Shown here: positions 1 through 12,117 of the stretch, in pieces | Layout: each line of letters starts with the position of its first letter | Numbering within the stretch: the stretch's first letter is position 1 | Assembly: GCA_002269645.1 (NCBI GenBank) | Contig: NIVC01004966.1 | Span: forward strand, 1-29,955 | Source of the DNA: Macrostomum lignano | Taxonomy: Eukaryota | Direction of reading: 5' to 3' | DNA: 29,955 nt | Translations under genes and position numbers: made by a program | Notes under the pieces: generated by a model | What the model was told of the DNA's origin: nothing | Databases searched by the model: none | Seen by the model: only the letters and a program-made list of their open reading frames with translations

Positions 1-369
1 TTATTATTAAGACTTACTTATTAATTAATTAATGCCAAGACAATGAGAAGCATATGCCTAAGGCTAAGATAGCCTAGCCTAGCCACACTTTAAATCGTAT
101 ATAGTATTTGCCCAAAAAATAAGCAAGCATTGGTCTTGAATGTAACATAGGGCTAACTTTTGTCCCTTAGAATAATCCTATTGTCAAAGGGCTAACCTTT
201 TGTATTTATAAATAATCTCACAATGCCACCAAAGTTGATGTAGGGGTTAGTTCCCTCTATTAATATCTCAGTAATTAGCCACCAAAGTTGTAATAGGCAT
301 GGTTAAACTTCTCTCTATTAATGTACTTTTGTATCAATGTACTTATACCTATTAGTAGTGTCTAGTATA

Positions 370-919
370 GGCAATCCTACACTTCCGTTCGGTAAATTAT
401 TTTGACATTGAATTTTTGAACAGGCGTGGTAAATAACAATGTAACCAAACAAAACTAAAACAGTGGAACATGGTAGCAGTCTGTAGAGCGCATAGTCACT
501 TAGAGTGTGTCTGCAGGTCATTAAGGTGTCTACAATAGATAGTAATGTCCAATCCAGTACAGGATAGCCCAAATGGACATTGGGGATACAGACGACGCCA
601 GAGAAATTCCTCAATGTGTGCATCGAAGAGAGCGTCGCTCGTGCCATGCATGTTGCGGATCTTGCGCTTCGCGTGGGCCCATGTGCCCTCCACGGTGTTG
701 GTGTGGACATGTCTCCATGGCAATGAAGACTGGAAGATATGAGAAATTGAAGCTCAATAATGAGCAGCTCACAAGCAACAGCTCCCTTAAACTGACACCC
801 CTTTAAACTCTGTTCGCTCAAACTTTTGGCCATAGACACATTGCCAATCAACGTCATTTGACTCAGTGGTACGAATTCAAATGTGAAAATAATTTACCGA
901 ACGGAAGTGTAGGATTGCC
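370..919 (-). mobile_element. Merlin (IS1016/ISXO2-like) DNA transposon, internally deleted
   Basis: Perfect 34-bp TIRs: GGCAATCCTACACTTCCGTTCGGTAAATTATTTT at 370-403 and its reverse complement at 886-919; ends start with GG as in Merlin. The interior holds a transposase C-terminal fragment. TSD is degenerate (gtgtct[agt]ata left, gtgtctata right). Confidence 0.85.
496..723 (-). pseudogene. ISXO2/Merlin transposase C-terminal fragment
   Basis: HTNTVEGTWAHAKRKIR..GTS..LF..HIEEFLWRR matches the conserved C-terminal block of IS1595/ISXO2-family transposases (contains the catalytic E); the N-terminal part is missing. Confidence 0.8.
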
Positions 920-1038
920 GTGTCTATACATATACTATACTCTTTGGCCTGAGCGGTCTAATGGCACAGTCTACTCTATTTACTCCTATAAGTTTTCTCT
1001 CAGTCCTTGACCTTGGCATTCCCTAGCCTAGATCAAAG

Positions 1039-1498
1039 CCATAGTCCGGATCATGGCAGGCGTACGCCGGAGTGAAAATTCGTATCTTTTCAATTTTACG
1101 CCGACGTAAAGTTCAAAATTTTTTTATGCCAAGTCAAAAGTTGTTTATACACCAACTTTTTAAAGAATTTGTATTTTTTAAAACTTAAAAATAATTATTT
1201 ACTTGAAAACGGCTGATTTTTTCCAAAAACTAATATTCTTTGTTTTAATTTTGTTTTTCTCGTAAATTTCGTTAATATTTTCTGTTTTGTTAACCGTTTA
1301 TATTCAGAAGAGCTTTGGTTAATTGATATTTAACTACACGATTGCATCAGCCCTGAACTTTTCTATTTCTTGTATGCCAGTTGTTTACACTTCATGTTGA
1401 ACCTGAATATTCTATACGCCAAATGTACGCCAAGATTGTCAGCGAGTGCAAAATTACGCCGGAAAATTCCGGCGTAAAGGCCACCTTCCGGACTATGG
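1039..1498. mobile_element. Non-autonomous hAT-like MITE (element A, CCATAG-TIR family), 460 bp
   Basis: TIRs CCATAGTCCGGATCATGGC (1039) and reverse-complement CCATAGTCCGGAAGGTGGC (ending 1498), 16/19 identical; perfect 8-bp TSD GATCAAAG at 1031-1038 and 1499-1506; subterminal TACGCC motifs. Confidence 0.92.
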
Positions 1499-1873
1499 GA
1501 TCAAAGGTCATAGCCTTATGCATTTTCTTTGCCCTGAGGCCAAGATGGAATTCTTGCACAAAAGTTGTTATGCATTTGTACGTGCTTGTCAAATTTGTTT
1601 GCGCTTGCGCGCTGAAAAGGAGCCTACTTGGGCACTCTTAAAGAAGGTGTGTGCACGCTCCATTGTCCATAGTCAGGAAGGTGTCCAGTGTACGCCGGAA
1701 TGAAAATTAAGAAAAAATGTTGTTTACGCCAAAATTGAAAAGCCCTAAAAAAGCGCTTTTTGACGTATGCCAAAATTGAATAGCCCAAAAAAGCGTACGC
1801 CAAAATTGAGGACCCAAAAAAACGCTGCAATTTACAGATTTAAAATTTATGTATTAATTACCTATTAAAAAGT

Positions 1874-4800
1874 TCATTTGTTTTCAGACAACGATTCTGA
1901 CAGAGACTTATCGGCTCCGACGAACAGACACCGACTACCCTGTTCCCGGCGCCGATCAATCACTTTGCTAGATTCATACTTCTTGCGAGCGTGGGCTTTG
2001 GGGTCGAAGAAGAGTGGTCCACGGTGTTGCCGCAAGCTTCTTTGACTGTCGCCAGTGTAATAAAGTTTCGCAGCTCGTCCCAAGAGTCGCTCATTGGCAC
2101 TGGTACCCACTGGCAGCAGCATCCAGCGCAGCTTCATTCTTACCTCGAGCGTGTCGTTGAGCTGACCGCCGATTTTTTGCTGCGAGCGTATTGTCGCGTA
2201 GTAGGATTCGACAATCACTTCTAAAAAAACGAAAGTTTCCATAATTACAAAGTATTAAAATTCTGCATACCTAAAACTTTTCAGACTAGCTCATGCTCAC
2301 CTGTGCCGCCGCGGTGAAGAGCAAAGTCGAGCAACAGACATGTGGCTTGACCAGCGCGGGAATAAACCGAGGGTCCTTGTAAAAAGCCGCATATACTGCT
2401 GACTCGTTAAGCGTGGCGCAGACAGACTCGCCTGGCTCTGTAGTCAGTCGCAGTCGAAGCGCCAGATCGCCTGACTTGCGGGGTTCCGCAGAGACCTTAA
2501 TAATGCGACCCTGTACAGCAGGTGTGAGCCAGTTATCTCGGCCGTCGCCTGAGATGAATGCCTCGTGAATAGTCGTGATAAAAGCCTCCAAATACTTCCG
2601 TGATAGGGACGACTTCACGTGCGGTGCGAGACGCTCGTGCTTTTCAGCAAGGCGGACGAGGTGCTTCATCTCAACGGCATGAGTTGCATTCTCGACTGCC
2701 TCTTCGATGTCCTCGGCAGTCAACAGGCTAACGGCAGATGCTGCATCCAGGACAATTGACGGATCCCTGACGCAGCATTTCTCCAATCGCGCAAGAAAGG
2801 AGCGGTGCAGGCTTGAAGCCAACTGGACTAGGTCCTGGAGAGAATTATAAATATATATAAGTGCGTTAATACACTAATCATGACATGACAGAAGTTTATA
2901 CTTTTACACAGTAGCGGTGCTAAAACTCAGAGTTAAAAATTACCCGCTCCATATCCTGGGACTCTCGGAGTTGCCAGTCGACCCTGCTGCTTGGCCTACC
3001 GGTGCGTTGGTTGCCTCGAGCGGTCACCGTGGGCTTGTCCGGCAGTACAAGCCATCCGCCCATCAATTCGACCGATTTGAATGAGCCTCCCGGTTTGATG
3101 GACTCATAGAAGGGCTGTAAAAATTGAAGTGAAGTAGGAAAGAAATGAATGCGCAAATTTAAGCCCTTTAAATATAATTTAAGCCCTTACATATAGGCCC
3201 AAATCATTTACCTGCAGTCGTGGGTAATCCTCAACTCGGAAAACCTCTGAGTGATCAGCAAAATGCTTCGCTACCCGATCGGCCAGCACGGAAACCTTCC
3301 AGTGAGGCAACTGGAGGTTCTGAGCCACTTCCATCAGGGAGACTAGTGGACCAAAAAGGTCCTGCAGGCACAGCAAGTCAAAAACGAAGTCGCTTCCGAA
3401 CATTGCATATTGCGACTCTTCGTCATCAGAGCAGCACGGATTTTCTGCTCGAAATGCGGTGTGCAGAGCGGCGTAACTTGCCTCAATGGCGGACCACTGT
3501 CTAAAAAAAGAAGCGTAGTGGGAGGACATTAAATAAATTTTTATTTACGCTTTTCATCACCATTTTTATTAGACTATTTATTGATAAAAAATAGCTGGTA
3601 CTTACTTGATTGCAGAGCTCGTGAAACGCTGGGCTGCGAAATGCGACATCGCTCGAGCTGAACCGTCTGACGCCTCTTTCAGTGCTGCCTCACCACGACC
3701 ATGGCTGAAATAGGTAGCAAAAAAATTCGCTCGCTTTATAAACCGGCGCAATGACTCCCCATCAGGTCCATCGCGAACATCAGTGACGGCCAGATTCAAG
3801 TAGTGTGCCGCATCCCACATCACAGGAATCTTTTCGACGTCATCGACAGGGGCCCCGAGCTCGGTCCGAATAGCGCGGCAGAATGTGCCAGCTTGGTACT
3901 GGCCATCAGCGACGATACCCATGATGCTTGCAGTGGGCGTCTTCAACACCTGATAGATTCAAAATGATGAAATTAAGCACTCGTCTAATTTAAAGTTTAA
4001 AACTGTTAGAATCCCTTCAATCGTCCAAAAAATAATACGTTAGTGACGGTTACCTTAAGTGTCTGCATTAGTCTTTTGGCCAGGGCTTCCCCATCTGCTT
4101 GCATTGCAGAGTCGTACACAGCAGGTGCACCCGCAGGAATCGCTACGGCTTCGCCATTTTCGCAGCGAGCTAGAAGGAGTGCCGCCTGATTCGTTGTGCG
4201 GCCTGGGGTGCTTTTGTCGCAGGTGATGGTCAGCAGAGGCGGCTGTCCAGTCGAAGGCAGAGGACACCGCAGAAACTCTGCACTTTCGTCGTTTACGCAG
4301 GCGTCTAATAACTTCCAAAGTTCTTTGCAGAATGCACTTTGTAAGGAGGGAGGGTAGGTGAAATGACAAAGTTATTATTTATTAAGTATATCTGATTGCA
4401 TTTAAATAAAATTATTTATAGATATGTTTGCAGGTAAACTTACAAGCCATGGCCAATCTGACCAACTTCACAATCAGACGCATCGAGCAGACTCATTAGA
4501 GTCTCGTAATGCGAACCCGCAGCAGCCATTTCAATTGTCGCAATAGCACAGCGGAGAAGGGTGCGCACAACCTTGCCTTGTGCCGTCTGTTGTACGACTT
4601 CGGTTCGGTAGTCCTTCACAGCCGAATAGTGGGTCTTGCTTGTCGAACAGTGGTTTACGAGTTCATTGCGAAATTTGGAGAACTCGTCCACACCACTTAG
4701 CAAACCTGCGACTCGTTCGGCTGAAAGTCGTAGCCCTCTGCTGAAGGACTTATTCTTTTCAGTGGTGGTGGGGTTCCTGGAAAAGTGAAAAGCTCGGTAC

Positions 4801-6977
4801 ATTAACACCTTAAGTACTTCTTTAAGACTATCCCGTCTAAACGGACTCTACATACAGTACATTTAAAAAACATTCGACTTACAGAATGCTGTAGATTTGC
4901 TCGGCTGTACAGTTGGTAGGCATCAGTTTCGACTTGCAGAGGAACGTGACACAGGGAACGCAGTTAAAAATCGAGTCACCATTCTCGCACGACTTGAGCG
5001 AACAAAACTCAAACTGCAGTAACTCAGCGAAACTATTTGTGGCCGCCACATCATCGTTGCCGAGGTCGATTTTGGACTTATTTTCTTGATTGCTGCCCTT
5101 ACTACATTTAGATGTAGCAACAGCATTGACGGATATATTTTCAAGCAGTTTTTTCATCTGCACAATCTCCTGCGTCTGTGACTCGAACGCCTTTTGCAGA
5201 GCAGTGATCTTCTTAGCCATGTTTTCTGGAGCTGGTGCTGAATCAACAGCTTCGAGTCGCAACTGTAGACGACACTGCAGGTCTGTCTGCTGCTGCTGAC
5301 CGGATGACTGCTGCTGACCAGATGACTGCTGCTGACCGGATGACTGCTGCTGACCGGATGACTGCTGCTGATCGGATGACTGCTGCTGATCGGATGACTG
5401 CTGCTGATTGGATGACTGCTGCTGATCGGATGACTGCTGCTGATCGGATGACTGCTGCTGATCGGATGACTGCTGCTGATCGGATGACTGCTGCTGATCG
5501 GATGACTGCTGCTGATCGGATGACTGCTGCTGCTGCTGTTCAGACTGATCAACCTCAGCACTCAAGTCGTCCTCTTCGTCTTCCACAGTAGCTACATTTT
5601 GCAGGGCACGCTCATTCAACAGCCTTCGAACCTCCTGGTTATCTCTTCGAGCGAAATCAGGAGGTGCATGTCCAACACCTTTGCGCCCCTGGTGTTGACT
5701 CTTACAGTGCCGATTAAGATCATGTGGAAGACCACGGACTGTTCGGCAGTTTCGCAAATTTCGACCAGCCCTTAAGCAGGACAAACAGTAGTGCACATCC
5801 TGTGCAATTACTCTTTTGGGTTGCTTGGCTTCTAACTGACTTGGGCCAGAATTACTAACAGACTTTCGCTTGCGATTGTTAGAATTAGAAATAGGCTGCA
5901 GCTGATTTGGGGTTGCAAAAAATCCCCAGCCTTCTTTAAGACCTGTCTTAGGACCAGCTGCCTTTAATGAAGTAGAAGCAGCCGAAAAACCTGTTTTAGT
6001 GAAAGGGTTTTATTGGGGCTACTTAAGGGGTTTAAAATAATGTTGCTATAGAATAGATAGAAAGGGCGGGGATTAATATAATATGGTAATAATGAAAATG
6101 GTCTTGGTCTGATGACTCTGATTTTGAATGCTACATACATTCTACCTACAGGCACAGCCTACAGCTTTGGATTGCATTGCTACATATATACAAAACTAAT
6201 TAACTAACTGTATTGTCTAAGAAAAGTAAGTCAAAAATTTATAATAAGTTAACAATAAAATAAAGTTAAGTATGAGTATGGCAGTATCAGCTATCACCTA
6301 TCAATCACTATCAAATCAATGTATGAGTCAGAGTCAGATCTCATGTAAATAATAGAATGTGAAATTAAACAATATACATACTTTATACTTATTGATGTTT
6401 GACTACACTACACTAAAATAGAACATATACATATATTGGATTTGGATTGGATAAAAACTGGCCTACTTGTCGGAATCTGACAATCAATAACAATAACATG
6501 AATCATCATAAATGAATGACTAGACTTAAGACTTAATGACTAGACTTGTCAATGTTAACAAAAGTATAGGCAAGGCTGTAGCCTGTAGCCTGTACTGTAT
6601 GTATCATGTATGCTATGGGCATGGCTGCATTAGCTGATTAGCATAATATATTTAAAAGCAAAATTTGAGAATCAAGGCTATTCATATTGGTCCCTAGCTC
6701 AATGTTTAATATTCTGTCTAAAATTTATTTTCTTCAGAACTTATAATTTATAATAAAATATAAGAAAAGAATATTGAAAACAGGCAATTAGCAAACAGGC
6801 AGCCAGGCTCAACAGCAACAGGCCACACTTACTAGAATCAATAGCTGAGCTAAGTGAGCTTGAAGTTGAATCCAAAGCTTTATCAATAGCATTGACATTA
6901 TCAGAAGAAACTTCCATCTCCTCGACCTCGTCCTCAGTGTCAGTGTCAGTGACAGTGACAGTGTCACTAGTTTCCAT
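1874..6977 (-). CDS. hAT-like DDE transposase, predicted 9 exons, about 2 frame disruptions
   Basis: Exons predicted from GT-AG sites: 6977-6833 (start and this exon least certain), 5957-4883, 4808-4444, 4336-4054, 3949-3606, 3500-3212, 3114-2944, 2834-2301, 2220-1874. Phases agree except at the exon 2/3 junction and one 1-nt shift near 2355. Motifs: N-terminal C2H2/BED-like finger (CLSC...RHCKSQH), TITCDKST (D1), GIVADGQY (D2), WDAAHYLNLAVTD, QRF, VIVESYY (E). Confidence 0.8.
5293..5535 (-). repeat. 18-bp coding minisatellite encoding (QQQSS[D/N/G]) x13
   Basis: Unit GATGACTGCTGCTGATCG on the + strand; 13 units in frame within the large transposase exon. Confidence 0.95.
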
Positions 6978-7934
6978 TGGTGTTGCAACTTGCAATGGTA
7001 TGGTTAAAGTTTCTGAGCCGATGAGCCTGGCTATATCAACACGACAACACAGTCGAGTCAACACTGAATATTTATATTTCACTTCCTTCCTTGTGGATTC
7101 GATTGTGCTTACAAAGTTACACACAAGTTACACAATAACACAACACAAGTCAAGACAACAAGCGAAGCAATCAGTATATTAGTATATACAAATACAATAA
7201 TAATAGTTGCAAAAATCCAGGAGAGAGAACAGATCAATTTGAATGGTCTGAAGAACGAACTTGAAGAAGACGAACTCGACGACGAAATTGCTAACAAATG
7301 TAATAAAATAAAACTGCAAATTCGCGAAATTTGCAACTTAAATCTTAACTTACCTGTATGTCATCTGTTGTAACGTGAAGAAATCTAAAATACTAAAGTA
7401 ATTATTGTACAGAATTAGTTAATAAGTTAAAATAAATAACTGACTTACACAAAACTTTAGTAAAGTTTTGTTAACAATAAATTAGATTCAAAATTTACGT
7501 AATTTCAGCGTTTTAAAGATGAAAATAGATTTACCAATTCACTAAAATTGAACGATATACAATACTTTGTCGAAGTAATTGGGTTGTTTGCAGGTTTTTT
7601 AAACGTTTGTTCTTACGCCAATCACATGCAAATATTGTAGGCCGATTTTTGGACAGATTTTTGCATGCGAAAACTGTGTTGTGTACGCCAAGAACTCTGT
7701 ACGCCATTTTTCGGACCGCGTGTACGCGAAACTGTACGCCATTTTTTTTGGGGGGGGGGCTGATGTACGCCGGAAAATTCCGGCGTACGGACACCTTCCT
7801 GACTATGGTCCATCGTATGCGCTTGCAAAGAAGCTAGCTGTTTGCCACAAAATCACAGATAGGATTTGACTTTTATATGTATTCAACATGGTTATGTGCC
7901 ATGTAGTGTATACGTGCTCAAATTCTCTTATTTT

Positions 7935-8154
7935 TCATAGTCCAGAAGATGTTTTTACACCGGAAAATTTTAAACAAAAGTAAAACAAATAATAATAGTT
8001 TTTTAGCAAAAACAGTTACTTAAAAGTTTAGTAAAACTTTTGTTCAAGCTATTTTACACTTAAAGTACAACTTTCTAATTTATGTCGGCGTTAGAATTGA
8101 AAAACTAGAAATTTTAATTTTTAGTGCATGGGCCTGCCATGACCTGCATCATGA
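7935..8154. mobile_element. Degenerate ~220-bp MITE (element C), same subfamily as A, opposite orientation
   Basis: Left end TCATAGTCCAGAAGATG resembles the family TIR; right end CCTGCCATGACCTGCATCATGA is the reverse complement of A's left end; interior 8080-8105 matches A 1085-1110 in reverse. Candidate TSD CTTATTTT / CTTTTTTA (6/8). Confidence 0.65.
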
Positions 8155-8224
8155 CTTTTTTACAACTGGCATGCGCCATAGTCAGGAAGGTGGCCTTTGC
8201 CATGGAAAATTCTGGCATACACAA

Positions 8225-8345
8225 GGGGTCCTTGGCACACAATCATGGCGCACACTGAAGTCCCTGGCGCATGCAGCGCTCAATCATGGCACACACTGAG
8301 GTCCCTAGCGCATGCAGCGCATAATTGCGGCGCATAAGGTCCCTG
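8225..8345 (+). repeat. Subterminal ~41-bp direct repeats of element D
   Basis: CAATCATGGC(G/A)CACACTGA(A/G)GTCCCT(G/A)GCGCATGCAGCGC twice plus a partial copy. Confidence 0.8.
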
Positions 8346-8689
8346 ACATGCATGAAAATTGTAATGCAAATTAACAATTTTATGTAAAACACGCTGTTGA
8401 AACCCGCAGAATTTGAACCCAGGGAATTCCAATCTGAGAAATCTGAAATCTGAGCTGAAACTGAGCCCATACTGAAACAAAAACTTGTTAATAGTTAGTT
8501 AGTAAGATAGAGGTAAACAAAATGGAGTACATTCGCGTACATTTAGAATTTGAGGCAAACATTGATATTGTTGGCTGGGGTGCTTTTTACTTTAAATAGG
8601 CAATTAATGTCTGTCTGACTCTAAAACATGTATTGGCAAACTCTGGCCTCTGCTTCTGACTCTCCCTACATCCATTGGATCCTTTGAAA

Positions 8690-10543
8690 CTTCTATCTTC
8701 TCTTCTGTTTCCTCTCTTCTCTCTCGTCCCTCGTCTCTCCTCTCTGAGCTCTCTCTCCTCTCCTCTCTTCTCTTTTTTCCTCTCTCCTCTCTCCCCTCTT
8801 CTCTCGTATCTTCCCTCATTTCTCTTCTTTTTCATCTCTCTTATCTCATCTCTTTTCTCTTCTTTTCTCTTTCCTCTCCTCCCACTCTTCTCTTGTCTTT
8901 TTCTTCACCTCTCTTCTCTCTCGTCTTTATTTGCTCTCTGATCTCTCCTTTCTCTTCTCTTTTATCTCTTTTCATTTCTCTCTGCTTCCTCCCTCTCTCT
9001 CTGCTTCCCCCCTCTCTGCTTCCCCCCTCTCTGCTTCCCCCTCTCTCTCTGCTTCCCCCTCTCTGTCTGCTTCCCCCCTCTCTTTATCTCTCCTCTCTTA
9101 TCTTTCTTCTCCTCTCTACTCTCTCCCTTCCATTCTCTTTTCTCTCCTCTCGCCTCACTCACTTCTCTCTCCCTTTGTCTCTCCTCTCGTCTCTATAATC
9201 TCTTCTCTCTTATCTCTCCTCTGTTCTCTGTTCTCTCCCATCTCTCGTCTGTTCATTTTCGTCTCTGCTCTCAGCTCACCCCCCTCTTTCATCTGTCATC
9301 TTTACTGTCTTATATGTTCTCTCATTCTGTCCTATGTACTCTTTTCTTTCACCTCTTTTGTCTCCTCACTTTCCTTTCTTCTTTCTTATCTTCTCTTCTC
9401 TTCCCTCTTCTATATACTCTCTCCCTCTCTTGTCTCGTCTCTTCTCTCTCCACTTCCCTCCTTTATCTCTCATTTCTCCTCTTTACTAACTCCTCTCTGC
9501 TCTTCTCTCTGCTCTCCTCTCATCTGCAGCTCTCTACTCTCTCCTCTCTACTCGCTCCTCTACTCTCCTCTCTACTCGCTCCTCTCTACTCGCTCCTCTC
9601 TACTCGCTCCTCTCTACTCTCTCCTCTCTACTCGCTCCTCTACTCTCTCCTCTCCACTCGCTACTCTACTCTCTCCTCTCTACTCGCTCCTCTACTCTCT
9701 CCTCTCCACTCGCTACTCTACTCTCTACTCTTTCCTCTCTTCTCGCTCCTCTACTCTCTCCTCTCCACTCGCTACTCTACTCTCTACTCTCTCCTCTCTA
9801 CTCGCTCATCTACTCTCTCCTCTCCACTCGCTCCTCTACTCGCTGATCTACTCTCTCCTTTCTACTCGCTCCCCTCTTCATTCTCCTCTTTCCTCTTCTC
9901 TCTCCTCACTCACTTCTCTCTCCCTGTCTCTCCTCTCTCCTATCTCTTCTCTCTTATCTCTCCTCTGTTCTCTCTACTCTCCCATCTCTCGTCTGTTCAC
10001 CCTGATCTCTGCTCTCTCATCTGTCATCTTTACTCTCTTATACGTTCTCTCACTTATCTCCTCTGTACTCTTCTCTTTCACCTCTTCTGACTCCTCTCTT
10101 TCCTTTCTCCTTTCTCCTCTTCTATTCTCTTCTATACTCTCTCCCTCTCTTGTCTTCTCTCTTCTCTCTCCACTCTCTCCTCCTTTATCTCTCTTATCTC
10201 ACTTGTCATCTCTCCTTCGTCTGTTCACTCTCATCTTTGCTCTCTCATCCCCCTCGCTCTTCTGTCATCTTTACTCTCCTCTTTCCTGTGTACTCTTTTC
10301 TTTCCCCTCTTCTGACTCCTCTCTTTCCTTACTCCTCTCTTCTTTTCTCTTCCCTCTTCTATACTCTCTCTCTTCTCTATTATCTTCTCTCGTCTCTCTG
10401 CACTCTCCTCTCACCTTTTTAATCTCTCATCTTTACTCTCTCATCTCTCCTTTCATCTGTCTCATCTCTACAATCTTATCTCTTTCCTCTCTCCTCCTCT
10501 TCCCTTTACTCTATCATCTCTCCTTTCTTCTCTCTTCTTTCTC

Positions 10544-10622
<79 letters not shown>

Positions 10623-11070
10623 CTCTTATCTCTTTTCTCATCTTCTCACTCATCTCTCTCTCATCTCTTATCTCCTCTTCTCACTCCTCTCTCTCCCCCT
10701 CTCTCCCCCTCTTATCTCCTCTCTTCTCTATCATTTCAAATCTCTCCTCTCGATCCTCTCTCATCTACCTCTCTGTTCTCTCATCTCTTCTCACTCTTCT
10801 CTACTCTCCTCTCTCATCGATCCTCTGTCTCTTCTCTCCCCTCTTCTCTCTGCATCTTCTCACCTCTACTATTTCATCTCGCCTCTTCTCTCCATCTTCT
10901 CACCTCTACTATTTCCTCTCCCTCCTCTCTCCCCTCCTCTCGCTTCTTCGTCCCGTATTCTCTGCTCTCTCCTTAACCCCCTCGTACGTCTCTCCTGTTA
11001 TCATCTATCTTTTCTTTTACCCCCCTCTCGCCCCTCCTCCCTTTCTAATAGTCTATTCCTTTTCCTTTTT
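8690..11070 (+). repeat. ~2.4-kb CT-rich low-complexity array with internal duplications
   Basis: The + strand is almost all C/T. Sub-blocks: CTCTGCTTCCCCC(CT) units ~8985-9080; CTCTACTCGCTCCT-type units ~9530-9870; related blocks at ~9150-9380, ~9903-10110 and ~10215-10330; pure (CT)n ~10547-10620. Confidence 0.95.
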
Positions 11071-11699
11071 ACTCTGATCTGGGCTGCAGCCATGAGCTGG
11101 ATTCTTTATCTGCATGGCATTTGAGATAAAAATCTGTCGATCCCCGCTTCGAAAGCCAGTTTGTGGGACGTAGTACTATAGTACTATATAATGTTAAAAT
11201 TTTCATGGTGTAACTAATTTAGTAGGATTGCATTGTAATTAGTTTATTCATTAATTTTTCGCTATTTTTACAAACCATCCCACATAGCCTTGATTTGCCA
11301 TCCTTGTTTAACTGCTGCGACTTGTCTATACAGAGGACAGTAGTTTGAATCTCTCGCTAAACTCTCTCCTTCCCACACGCCTCTCCACTCGCGGGGGTAC
11401 AGAGAAGGCTATTAAAAAGTTATTCCAAAACACTGTACACTCGCTATGTACATTGAGCCCTATCGCCTGACCCTTCGTCTGAGCTGGGGAAATGAGTGAA
11501 AGAGCGGCACAAACAACAGAAAAAGCAGACAAACTTCACATGCTTACAGTTTGCGTCCTGTTTGAGATACAGAGTTGAGACTTTGCATTTAGACAGAATG
11601 AATCAAAGAAGAATTGTGTTAAGTTAGAAATCAATCGCTTCACGTGGAGCAAACTTATAGCAGCTGAAAGTTAGTCAATTTTAAAACCCTTTTACACAT

Positions 11700-12084
11700 C
11701 TGGGCCCAGATCGGGAAAGAGAGGCAGGCGGGCGGAGGTTGGGGTGGCTGTCTCGCTGAAAAAACAGCCTAACTTTAAAAGTGCACAACACCGCTCAGGA
11801 TTAACTTTTAGACTCGAAATTTTACATGATTGTGCCAAAATAGTTTAAGATTATCTGTGTCAAATTTGAAGAGAATTGGTAGAAGTGGAGCGGCGCCATG
11901 GAGGATTAAGTGAAAAAATTGCGCATTTTGAGCAGTTTTTTGTACTTTTAGGCAGGAAGACTTGAGTCTAGGAAATTTAAAGGTAGCCTAAGACATTCTC
12001 GGTAGTAAGTTTAGGGTGGGTGTAAAGTTTGGTGTAATTTGGTTGAGTGGTTTGGGAGTCCATAGCGATCAAATTTGTACACAG

Positions 12085-12117
<33 letters not shown>

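Larger units (their letters stand above)
1667..7808 (-). mobile_element. Full-length hAT-like DNA transposon (element B, 6142 bp)
   Basis: Perfect 20-bp TIR CCATAGTCAGGAAGGTGTCC at 1667-1686 and reverse complement at 7789-7808; 8-bp TSD TCCATTGT (1659-1666) / TCCATCGT (7809-7816); clustered subterminal TACGCC motifs; spliced DDE transposase inside. Confidence 0.93.

Noticed and set aside
1446-1703. ORF with FVRACQIC resembling an integrase zinc finger
   Set aside because: It runs across three separate elements (A end, E, B start), so it is chimeric and coincidental.
5154-5591. (MTAADR)n and (ISSSHP)n ORFs
   Set aside because: Alternative frames of the 18-bp minisatellite; the Q/S frame is the one continuous with the zinc-finger-like and transposase sequence.
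8587-10653. E/R/K-rich minus-strand ORFs (8587-8835, 8962-9162, 10468-10653)
   Set aside because: Translations of (GA)n microsatellite.
8931-10976. 681-aa L/S-rich ORF and overlapping ORFs 9314-10090, 8675-8941, 8893-9198, 10150-10422
   Set aside because: Artefact of the C/T-only strand, where stop codons are rare; several frames are open at once and there is no domain.
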